Source: an uncultured archaeon (GTDB lineage Archaea; Iainarchaeota; Iainarchaeia; Iainarchaeales; CSSED10-239). Taken from it: a stretch of DNA of 28,390 bases. Shown here one piece after another: positions 9,063 to 17,373 of this stretch. Position numbers and translations under genes: made by a program. Under the pieces are notes generated by a model, which worked only from the letters and a program-made list of their open reading frames with translations, did no database searches and was not told the DNA's origin. The DNA is taken from the NCBI GenBank assembly GCA_964591795.1, contig CAZQEL010000010.1, forward strand, positions 1 through 28,390, read 5' to 3'. Position 1 is the stretch's first letter. Every line of letters begins with the position of its first letter.

Positions 9063-9842
9063 ATGAACGATAAATTTAGACATTATAATTTTAAATCATT
9101 ATCCAGTAAGAATAAAAAATTTATTTTATATTCGTTTTTGTTTATTTTAGTTGTAGGTGTTTTTGGATTTGTTTTTTTCCTTCAACCTAAATTATATACA
9201 CCTGAAATTATGATGGTTTCTGGTACTGAATATATTTCCGGTGAGCAAGGTCAGGTTATTGTAAGACTTGAAGATGCTACTAGTAAGTCAATAACTGATG
9301 CGAATTGTTGGTTAACTCTTTTATTTCCAGATAAATCTTTATTTCTAATTGATATTCCAATGGTTTCAACAAGTATGCCTGGTAACTATTATCATCAATT
9401 TATAACTCCAATGGTAAACGGAATTTATGAAGAATATATTAAATGTACAATTCCTGATTTTGAGAATACAACTAAAATTTTAAATATTTCAAACTCTTTT
9501 CACGTATCTCCAGGATTAAATTTAATTGTTCAGTTAACTACTCTTCAAAAAGAACATTATGATGATTTAGTTGCAAGATTAAATTCATTGGATGCAAATG
9601 TTAAATCTCAATTTTATTTAATTGATAACAAATTTTATGATTTACAAACATATCTTGATGAAAATGTTATGGGTGAAATTAATAATCTTAATACTAATGT
9701 TGTTGATGTTAATGATTCTTTAAATAATTCAATCAATAATGTGAATAGAAGATTAAATAGCACAATGGAAAATAATTTTGATGAGTTTTATAACAGATTC
9801 AAAGATAGTTATGATGCTATGGCTAATATCTTCGGTGAATAG
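9063..9842 (+). CDS. hypothetical membrane-anchored protein with an Asn-rich coiled-coil C-terminus
   Basis: 259 aa. N-terminal TM (FILYSFLFILVVGVFGFVFFL), a beta-rich extracytoplasmic region, then heptad-like LNxxVxxxN repeats. No recognisable domain. Confidence 0.5.
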   Translation: MNDKFRHYNFKSLSSKNKKFILYSFLFILVVGVFGFVFFLQPKLYTPEIMMVSGTEYISGEQGQVIVRLEDATSKSITDANCWLTLLFPDKSLFLIDIPMVSTSMPGNYYHQFITPMVNGIYEEYIKCTIPDFENTTKILNISNSFHVSPGLNLIVQLTTLQKEHYDDLVARLNSLDANVKSQFYLIDNKFYDLQTYLDENVMGEINNLNTNVVDVNDSLNNSINNVNRRLNSTMENNFDEFYNRFKDSYDAMANIFGE

Positions 9843-10062
9843 TAATTATTAATTATATTTAATTAATTTAAAAAGCTTGAATTTAAGTCTAAATTCATTA
9901 TAATTAAAGATATATATTTAGAAAATATGTATTTACCTCCATTTTATTTAACAATTGAACGAATTAAATGATTTTTACTTAAATTAAGTTATTTATCAAG
10001 TTTTTATAAATATTTCTATACTTATATTATATATTATAAACTATATTAATGAGAAAACACAT

Positions 10063-12927
10063 ATGTACGATTATAAAGATTTTGAAAAAAAATGGCAAAC
10101 TAAGTGGCAAGAAGAAAAAGTTGGTGAGGCTAATTTAGATTCATCTAAACCAAAATTTTTTTTAATATGGGCATATTTAACTGTTTCTGGTTTTCATCAT
10201 GTAGGTCATATGAGAGGTTATTCTTATGCTGATGCTATTTGTAGATTTAAAAGAATGAATGGATTTAATGTACTTCTTTCAGCAGGAGGACATGCTTCTG
10301 GAAACGGAGCAGTTTCAAAATCCTTAAAAGTTAAACAAAAGGATATTGAAACAATTAATTATTATAAAGAAAAAGGATTAACTGATAGAGATTTAGAACA
10401 AATAGAAACTCCAGAAGGGTTTGTTAATTTCTTTTCTAAAATGTATGTAAGGGATTATAATTCTTATGGTTATTTAGGTGATTTTAGAAGATTTACAGTT
10501 ACAACAAACAAAGATTATCAAAAATTTATTGAATGGCAATTTAAAAAACTTAAAGAAAAAGATTTGTTAATTCAAAAGCCTTATTTTGCAACTGCCTGTG
10601 TTAATTGTGGTCCAGTTGCAGTAGATCCTTCTGAAATGGATTTATCAAAGGGTGGTAATGCTGAAAAACAAGAGTTTACAATTATTAAATTAAAATTTGA
10701 AAAAGAAAATCAATTTATTTTAGTTGCAACTTTAAGACCTGAAACAGTTTATGGTCAAACAAATATTTGGTTGTCAACAGATGAAGAATATGTTAAGATT
10801 AAGAAAGATAATGAAGTTTGGATTGCATCAATTGATTTTTATGAAAAAATAAAATATCAAATAGATGGATTATCTTTATTACCTGAAAAAATAAAAGGAG
10901 AAGCTATTTTAGGGAAATTTGTAACTCCTCCAATAATAAATAGAAAAATAATTATTTTACCATCCTCTTTTTGTGATCCAAAGATAGGCACAGGAATTGT
11001 AACTTCAGTTCCATCAGATGCACCTTCAGATTATATAGGGCTTTATGATCTTCAAAATTCAAAAGAGGTCTGTGAAAACTATTCTTTAGATTATAATTTT
11101 ATTAAAGATATTAAATTAATACCAATTATTAAATCAAAAGATTTTGGTGAATTTCCTGCAGTTGAAATTTGTAAAAAAATGAATATTACTTCTCAAAACA
11201 ATTCAGAAAAGCTTAAAGAAGCTAAAAAGGAAGTTTACAAAAAAGGATATCATACAGGAGTTATGATTGATACCTGTGAAGAATATTCTGGTCTTAAAGT
11301 AGAGGTTGCAAAGGATAAAATAAAACAAAGAATGATTGATGAGTCAATTGCATTTGTATTCTATGATCTATCAGAAGAAGTTATTTGTAGATGTGGCTCT
11401 CCTGTTGTAATAAAAAGAATAGATGATCAGTGGTTTGTTAAATATTCAGATAAAGATTTAACTGAAAAAACAATTAATTATGTAAAAAACATGTTGATCT
11501 TACCTGAGTCATTTAAGAAAAATTTACCTAATGTTTTAAATTGGTTTGATGATCGGGCTTGTGCTCGTCAAGGTACATGGCTTGGAACTAAACTTCCTTT
11601 TGATAAGAGTTATACAATTGAGCCTATTTCAGATAGTACTTTATATCCTATATACTATCTTGTTAGTATTTATGTTAATGAAGGAAAAATAAAATTAGAG
11701 CAATTAACAGAAGAATTTTTTGATTATGTTTTCTTAGGAAAAGGAAATCCTTTAGATATTTCAAAAAACAATTCTATGGATATTAATTTAATTGAAAAAA
11801 TTAGAAAAGATGTTTTATACTGGTATCCTTTAGATATAAATTTAGGTGGTAAAGAACATCAAACTGTTCATTTCCCAACATTTTTAATGAACCATATAGG
11901 AATATTAGAACCTAGCTTTTATCCAAAAGGAATTTTTGTAAATTGGTGGGTAACTGCAAGTGGTGGTAAAATATCTAAATCAAAAGGTGGAGCTTCAAGT
12001 ATTGGTTCTGAGGCTGATAAATATTCTATTGATGCAATTAGATTATTTTATGCAAACATTGCAAGTCCATTTATAGATATTACCTTTGAAAAAGATGATC
12101 TTAAGACTTATAAACAAAGACTTGAAAGAATTTTTGCATTTATTGAAAATACGATTAACTCTAATGATTTAGTTGAACAAGATAATAATGAACTTGATCG
12201 TTGGTTTGAATCTAAATTTAATTTAAGAATTGAAAATATTATTAAAAATATGGATAAAATTGAGTTTAAAGCAGCAACTGATGAGATTTATTTTAATTTA
12301 CATAATGATTTTTCTTGGTATCTTAGAAGAGGGGGTATAAATAAAGCTCTTGTTAATACTATTTTAAAAAAATGGATTTTAACAATGGGTCTTTTTACTC
12401 CACACATGGCTGAAGAATTAAATAGTTTAGTTGGAGTTATTTCTTTAGTAATTAAGCAAGATTTTCCTAAAGTTGATATTGAAAAAATAAATTTATCTTT
12501 AGATAATAAAGAAAAAGATGTTGAAAAGTTAATTTCAGATCTAAGAAATGTAATTAAACTTTCAGGACTTGAAAAACCAAGTAAAGTTACTTTATTTATT
12601 TCTCCTTCTTGGAAATATTTGTTTTATCAAGAAGTTATTTCTGATTTAGATACTACTCGTAATGTTGGACAATTAATATCTAAATATCTAGTTAAGTATT
12701 CTAAGAATAAAGAAGAAGTTTCAAAAACAATTATAAAACTTGTAAAACAACCACTTTTAAAAGAAACAATTAAGTCTCAAGAAAAAGATTTAATTTTCTT
12801 AAATTCTATTTTGAAATTTTTAGAAGAAAGTTTAGATGTTTCAGTTGAAATAATCAATGCAGACAATAGTGTTGTAGAAAAAGCAAAAAAGGCATCTCCA
12901 AATAAAATCGGATTTTTAGTTGAGTAG
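10063..12927 (+). CDS. leuS: leucyl-tRNA synthetase, archaeal/eukaryal type
   Basis: 954 aa. HIGH motif (FHHVGH), KMSKS motif (KISKSKGG), a CP1 editing domain region and a long archaeal-type C-terminal extension. Confidence 0.95.
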   Translation: MYDYKDFEKKWQTKWQEEKVGEANLDSSKPKFFLIWAYLTVSGFHHVGHMRGYSYADAICRFKRMNGFNVLLSAGGHASGNGAVSKSLKVKQKDIETINYYKEKGLTDRDLEQIETPEGFVNFFSKMYVRDYNSYGYLGDFRRFTVTTNKDYQKFIEWQFKKLKEKDLLIQKPYFATACVNCGPVAVDPSEMDLSKGGNAEKQEFTIIKLKFEKENQFILVATLRPETVYGQTNIWLSTDEEYVKIKKDNEVWIASIDFYEKIKYQIDGLSLLPEKIKGEAILGKFVTPPIINRKIIILPSSFCDPKIGTGIVTSVPSDAPSDYIGLYDLQNSKEVCENYSLDYNFIKDIKLIPIIKSKDFGEFPAVEICKKMNITSQNNSEKLKEAKKEVYKKGYHTGVMIDTCEEYSGLKVEVAKDKIKQRMIDESIAFVFYDLSEEVICRCGSPVVIKRIDDQWFVKYSDKDLTEKTINYVKNMLILPESFKKNLPNVLNWFDDRACARQGTWLGTKLPFDKSYTIEPISDSTLYPIYYLVSIYVNEGKIKLEQLTEEFFDYVFLGKGNPLDISKNNSMDINLIEKIRKDVLYWYPLDINLGGKEHQTVHFPTFLMNHIGILEPSFYPKGIFVNWWVTASGGKISKSKGGASSIGSEADKYSIDAIRLFYANIASPFIDITFEKDDLKTYKQRLERIFAFIENTINSNDLVEQDNNELDRWFESKFNLRIENIIKNMDKIEFKAATDEIYFNLHNDFSWYLRRGGINKALVNTILKKWILTMGLFTPHMAEELNSLVGVISLVIKQDFPKVDIEKINLSLDNKEKDVEKLISDLRNVIKLSGLEKPSKVTLFISPSWKYLFYQEVISDLDTTRNVGQLISKYLVKYSKNKEEVSKTIIKLVKQPLLKETIKSQEKDLIFLNSILKFLEESLDVSVEIINADNSVVEKAKKASPNKIGFLVE

Positions 12928-14321
12928 TGATTATTATTAATAGTAGTTTTTCTAAAGAATATTCTCAATTAATTAAAGAGTATACTTCAAATATAAATAT
13001 AGCTTATAATTTATCTAAAAAATATTATAAAGATATATATGTGTTTGATAATATTCCTTTAGTTGAATATTCATTAAAAATAGCAACTAAACTTGTTAAT
13101 TATGATGAGCATATTATTGTTTCTGCAATTCTTTATAATCCCTATAAATATGGTCTTGATCTTAAATTAAATGGATTTTTAAAAAATGTACGTAAAATAA
13201 CAAAAGATTATTATTTTCTTAATTTTTATGAAATATCTCATAATAAAAATATTGATTCTAAAACCATTAAAAATATGGTTGTTCAATCTTTTTTTAAAAT
13301 AGAATCAGTTATTTTGTTATTTGGAGAGGCGCTTGTTATTTATGATTATTTTCCAAAAATTAAGAATGATGCCTATAAAAAAAGATTTCTAGATATTTTA
13401 GAATTTACAATTTTACCTTTGACCTATCAATTAGGCATGACAAATTTTAAAGAAGAAATACTTGAAAAATTAACTTATTTAAAATATAAAAAAAAATATA
13501 AGTATATTTGTGATTATTTTAAAAAGAATTATCCTTCTAAAAATTTAAAAATTATTAAAGATATTATTATTGATTATTTAAAATCAAATAATCAAAAACC
13601 GAATAACTATTATTATAGATATAAAAGTCTAGGTAGTTTTTATCAAAAAATTTATGTTAAACAAGAAAAGCAAAATTTTGAAGATGTCTTAGATATATAT
13701 GCATTAAGGTTAATTTATGTAACAAAGAAAGAATGTTATGAAGTCTTAAATTTAATTAAAGATAATTTTGATGTTATTGAAAATAGTTCAACTAAAATAA
13801 GGGATTTTATAAAACATCCAAAAGAAAATGGATATAGTTCTATTCATTTAAATATAATTTTAAATGATTTTCCTGTAGAAATACAAATAAGAACAATTGA
13901 TATGCATAATAATGCTGAGTTTGGAGTTTCTGCTCATTTTCATTATAAAAATATTGAGTTTTCTGAAAAAGATAAACGTTTAGTTACTTTTTTAAAGAAA
14001 AAAACTTTGCTTGAAAAACCCAAAGATAAAACTTATAAGGATCATGTAATGGTTTATACTCAAACAGGTGAAAGCATATTAGTGCCTAAAAAATCAACTA
14101 TTTTTGATTTTGCATTTTATCTTCATTCTGATTTTGCAAAGTTTTATGATTATGCAATTATAAATAGAGAAATTGTTGTAGATAAGAACTATCTTTTAAA
14201 AAATGGAGATAAAATAAAGATTATAAGATCTAAAGAAATTACTTTGAAAAAAGAATTTTTAAATTTTATTTTTGTTAAAAAAAATAAGAAAAAATTTGCA
14301 CTTCTTTTAAAAAATATTTAA
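12927..14321 (+). CDS. RelA/SpoT homologue: degenerate HD domain + (p)ppGpp synthetase domain + TGS domain
   Basis: The GTG start overlaps the leuS TAG by 1 nt. Synthetase motifs are YRYKSLGSFYQKI, DIYALRLIY, KIRDFIKHPKENGYSSIH and EIQIRTIDMHNNAEFGVSAHFHYK (compare RelSeq GRPKHIYSIYRKM / DLIAIRCV / GYQSIH / [24 protein letters not shown]). TGS domain: VMVYTQTGESILVPKKSTIFDFAFYLHSDFAKF...NGDKIKII. In the N-terminal HD region the His-Asp pair is replaced (AILYNPYKYG where LHDVVEDT is expected). Confidence 0.8.
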   Translation: MIIINSSFSKEYSQLIKEYTSNINIAYNLSKKYYKDIYVFDNIPLVEYSLKIATKLVNYDEHIIVSAILYNPYKYGLDLKLNGFLKNVRKITKDYYFLNFYEISHNKNIDSKTIKNMVVQSFFKIESVILLFGEALVIYDYFPKIKNDAYKKRFLDILEFTILPLTYQLGMTNFKEEILEKLTYLKYKKKYKYICDYFKKNYPSKNLKIIKDIIIDYLKSNNQKPNNYYYRYKSLGSFYQKIYVKQEKQNFEDVLDIYALRLIYVTKKECYEVLNLIKDNFDVIENSSTKIRDFIKHPKENGYSSIHLNIILNDFPVEIQIRTIDMHNNAEFGVSAHFHYKNIEFSEKDKRLVTFLKKKTLLEKPKDKTYKDHVMVYTQTGESILVPKKSTIFDFAFYLHSDFAKFYDYAIINREIVVDKNYLLKNGDKIKIIRSKEITLKKEFLNFIFVKKNKKKFALLLKNI

Positions 14322-14390
14322 TTTATTAAGTAAATTTTTTTATGAATTAAATTGTAAAAAAAAGAATTTGTTTTTTTAAATAAAGTTAAT

Positions 14391-14414
14391 CTAAGGATTT
14401 GTTTTTATCCTTAG
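14391..14414. terminator. hairpin between convergent genes (CTAAGGAT-ttgttttt-ATCCTTAG), preceded by T-runs
   Basis: A perfect 8-bp inverted repeat lies in the 111-nt spacer between the convergent RSH and GTPase genes. Oligo-T tracts at about 14345-14351 and 14371-14377 fit archaeal termination signals. Confidence 0.35.
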
Positions 14415-14432
14415 GTGTTGATTTTAGTAATT

Positions 14433-15632
14433 TTACTTTCCAGAAATTATTTCAATACAATCATTGTTTTTTAATGGATGATCTTTACCAAGAAGCATTT
14501 TTGTTTTAACATCAATGGCTTTGATAAAATTTTTTCCAAAGTCAGTATGAAGTTTGAATGCAAAGTCAATTGCTTTTGTGCCAGGAGGCATTAAAAAACA
14601 ATCTGGAAGAACATTTCCTTCTTTGTCAGCAAGTCCTTTTGTTCCACCTGGGTAAATTGCTATATATTTTAAAACTTTAAAAACTACATTGTCTAATACA
14701 GCTTGAACTCCAGTTTCATTGTATTTATCTAAAATATTAGTTTTAATGAAATTAAGTGCATGCTTTTGTTTATCTGATAAATCTTCTTTTAATATTTTGA
14801 ATTTATTGTCTCCTGGTAAGTAATCAATTACTTTTATTTTATCAGCTGCTTTTAGGGCAAACTCTGATTCTGCTGAACATGCTATTATTGTCATTTTAGG
14901 AAATTCTTGTTTTATTCTTTCAATATTTTCTTTTGCAAAAGGAAGATCTATTTTGTTTGCTGCAATAATTATTGGTTTTGATAGATTTCTTATTTTTCTA
15001 GTAAATGCCCATAATTCATCATCAGTCCATTCAACTATATTTTTTTCAATTAAATTGTTTTCTTTAAGTGCTAAAAATATTTCTTCTTCTTTAGAACCTA
15101 ATGTTGCATAAAGATATTCTTCTAATACTCTTAATGTTTTTTGTTTTTGAACTCTTTGAACTGTTCCTATTTTTACAAAGTTTCTTTTAAATATTCCATA
15201 TAACCATTTTTCAACTTCATCAAGTAGGAATTTAATCTCTAATGATGGGTTATAACTTCCGGCTTTTACGGATTTACCTTCTTCATCTGTACTTCCTGAG
15301 GCATCTATTACTTGAATTAAAGCATCAGCTTGATTTAGATCGGTAAGGAACTTATTTCCAAGACCTCTTCCTTCTGAAGCTCCAGGAACAAGCCCTGCTA
15401 CATCGATAACGTCCACTGGTAAATATCTTATATGTTCCTTGCAATATCCTGATCTTGGATTACATTGTGTATTAAAGAAAGTATCCACACAATTGTTTCT
15501 TACAAATCCAACTCCTTTGTTAGGGTCTATGGTTGTAAATGGATAATTCGCTGATTCAGCGTCCATTAAAGTTAAAGCTCTAAAAAAAGTTGTTTTACCA
15601 ACGTTTGGTTTACCTACAATTCCTATTAACAT
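14433..15632 (-). CDS. Obg-family GTPase, archaeal YchF/OLA1/DRG-like, with C-terminal TGS domain
   Basis: G1 GKPNVGKTT, G3 DVAGLV, G4 NKID. C-terminal TGS-like segment GTKAIDFAFKLHTDFGKNFIKAIDV...NNDCIEIISGK. Confidence 0.85.
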   Translation of the reverse strand: MLIGIVGKPNVGKTTFFRALTLMDAESANYPFTTIDPNKGVGFVRNNCVDTFFNTQCNPRSGYCKEHIRYLPVDVIDVAGLVPGASEGRGLGNKFLTDLNQADALIQVIDASGSTDEEGKSVKAGSYNPSLEIKFLLDEVEKWLYGIFKRNFVKIGTVQRVQKQKTLRVLEEYLYATLGSKEEEIFLALKENNLIEKNIVEWTDDELWAFTRKIRNLSKPIIIAANKIDLPFAKENIERIKQEFPKMTIIACSAESEFALKAADKIKVIDYLPGDNKFKILKEDLSDKQKHALNFIKTNILDKYNETGVQAVLDNVVFKVLKYIAIYPGGTKGLADKEGNVLPDCFLMPPGTKAIDFAFKLHTDFGKNFIKAIDVKTKMLLGKDHPLKNNDCIEIISGK

Positions 15633-15670
15633 AATTTTTCACATATATATTAGTGTACTAAATATTTTTA

Positions 15671-16504
15671 TTATAACCTTTTATTTTTTTCAATGTAAAG
15701 TTCTACAAAAGATATACAAAATAAAATTAATGGCACCCATCCTATAAAAACGAGTACTGGTATATTATATATCATGTAGTGCATGAAAGGAATATTTGTA
15801 TACATCCATTCAAATGAAAAAATATTAATTACTTCGTGAGTTATAATTAAAAAAAAGGAGGTTAGAAGTATTGTGTATATAATTAGTTTTGATTTAATTA
15901 ATCTTAAAATTATTGGTATCTTATATTCAAGCAAAAGAGAATCTGCAAATAACCAAATTGCTAAGAATGGAAATAACATTGTGTAATTTGTTCCAAGTAC
16001 TCCAAAGAATATATAATTTATGAGTGGAATTATTAAAAATATAAATCCTATTGTTTGTAGATATTTTTTTAATTTTTTATTTGGTTTGTAATTTTTATAA
16101 ACTGTTTTATCAATATAATTTTCAAATATTTTGTATGTTCCATAAACTAAAAGTATAAAACAAAAATTAATTATTGTATATAGTGTTATCCAGTTAATTA
16201 TAGAATATCCATTCCATGACCATATGTTAAATAATAATACTCCATAAAAGTAATCTACAACAATAGCTGAAAACAAAGCTCCAATTATAAAAAAATAGGT
16301 ACTTTTTATTTTTTTAAAGTTAAATAACATATCAATAACTGATTCTTTTCTAATTTTATAATTAATAAAATCAATAATTATTAAATAACCAAGACAATAC
16401 CACACGTAAAACCTGGGATATTTAAGAATAGCTGATAAGTATATGCTAAAAAGAAGTAATATAAGTCCAAAAATTCCAAGTATTTTATGTTTTATAATAT
16501 TCAT
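15671..16504 (-). CDS. hypothetical polytopic membrane protein
   Basis: 277 aa with about 8 hydrophobic helices. No recognisable motif. Confidence 0.5.
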   Translation of the reverse strand: MNIIKHKILGIFGLILLLFSIYLSAILKYPRFYVWYCLGYLIIIDFINYKIRKESVIDMLFNFKKIKSTYFFIIGALFSAIVVDYFYGVLLFNIWSWNGYSIINWITLYTIINFCFILLVYGTYKIFENYIDKTVYKNYKPNKKLKKYLQTIGFIFLIIPLINYIFFGVLGTNYTMLFPFLAIWLFADSLLLEYKIPIILRLIKSKLIIYTILLTSFFLIITHEVINIFSFEWMYTNIPFMHYMIYNIPVLVFIGWVPLILFCISFVELYIEKNKRL

Positions 16505-16632
16505 ATTTTTTCTTTTAATTTAATGTTGTTTTTATAAAAAAGATAGTTTTAAATTACATTTATATTTATATATAAATAGATATATTTATAATTAAATGTA
16601 TTAAATTAATAAACATATTTAATAAAATATTT

Positions 16633-17004
16633 ATGGTTAAATTAAATTTTTTAAAAGCAAAGGTTTCAATAATTGTTTATGTAATTGTATTTGTATTAAT
16701 ACTTGTAGCTGGAATTTTAAATTTTGCTTTTAATAGGCCTTCAAAATTTTCAGATAATCAAGATTTAGCAATAACTGCGTGTACAAATATTTGTAATCTT
16801 TCAATTGCAAAAGGTATTAGTTTAGTTGAAGGACCTTGTCTTTCTCAAGAAATTGTAAAGGGTTGGGCTTGTGATGTTGTAAATGTTCCAAAAATAAGTA
16901 TAATTGATAATAATCCTAATAATCAATGTGAGAGTTATGTTAAAAAAAAGGTTCGTCATTTTGTTGAAGTAACTCAAAGTTGTGAGCTTGTTTTAGCTAA
17001 ATAA
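16633..17004 (+). CDS. hypothetical membrane-anchored Cys-rich small protein
   Basis: 123 aa. N-terminal TM/signal anchor followed by a domain with 7 Cys (CTNIC...C...C...C...C). Confidence 0.45.
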   Translation: MVKLNFLKAKVSIIVYVIVFVLILVAGILNFAFNRPSKFSDNQDLAITACTNICNLSIAKGISLVEGPCLSQEIVKGWACDVVNVPKISIIDNNPNNQCESYVKKKVRHFVEVTQSCELVLAK

Positions 17005-17297
17005 TTTTAGATTATTAATTTTTTTAAAATGTGATTTTTTAAGTAAATTTTTCTAAGTATTTTTTAAAGACAACTCTATTAAATAAAGTTTATTTTAAGT
17101 GTTTTATACTTAATAAATAGATTATAGGGTTTTAATTTAACTTTGCTATATAAAATAACCTTCTTTTTCCCAATTTTTAAAAATCCCTTAGGAAAAAAAC
17201 AATCTCTTTAAATACTTGCCTGTCTACTAAATTATATTACCCACTAGGAGTTTTTTCTTAGTGAGATTGACCGTTTACATTTAGTATTAACGGAATG

Positions 17298-17373
17298 AAA
17301 AAAGTAGGAAAGCTTTTTTATAATAAGTAAGCAAGTTTATTATTTGTTTAAAAGAAAATGATTCTTAAATTTT
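17298..17373 (+). other. 5' arm of the pre-23S rRNA processing stem
   Basis: aaaaaagtaggaaa (17298-17311) is perfectly complementary to tttcctactttttt (20394-20407). Further complementary blocks (gctttttt/aaaagagc, taagcaa/ttgctta, tttgtttaaaag/ctttaaaacaaa, cttaaattt/aaatttaag) extend the helix to the mature ends. Confidence 0.75.

Noticed and set aside
491-12968. Short ORFs antisense to well-supported genes: 491-673(+), 2903-3106(+), 4180-4407(+), 4723-4917(+), 5670-5867(+), 8409-8687(-), 12777-12968(-)
   Set aside because: Each is fully embedded opposite a longer gene with clear motifs. The translations are hydrophobic and low-complexity, as expected from reading AT-rich coding DNA backwards.
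12927-15632. Functional link between the two convergent TGS-domain genes (RSH and Obg/YchF-like GTPase)
   Set aside because: Convergent orientation with a hairpin and T-runs between them indicates separate transcripts. Adjacency alone is not evidence of a shared system.
17207-17214. tttaaata as the 23S rRNA promoter TATA box, and similar TATA-like strings upstream of other genes
   Set aside because: In a genome this AT-rich, TATA-like octamers occur everywhere, so position alone is not sufficient evidence without transcript 5'-end data.
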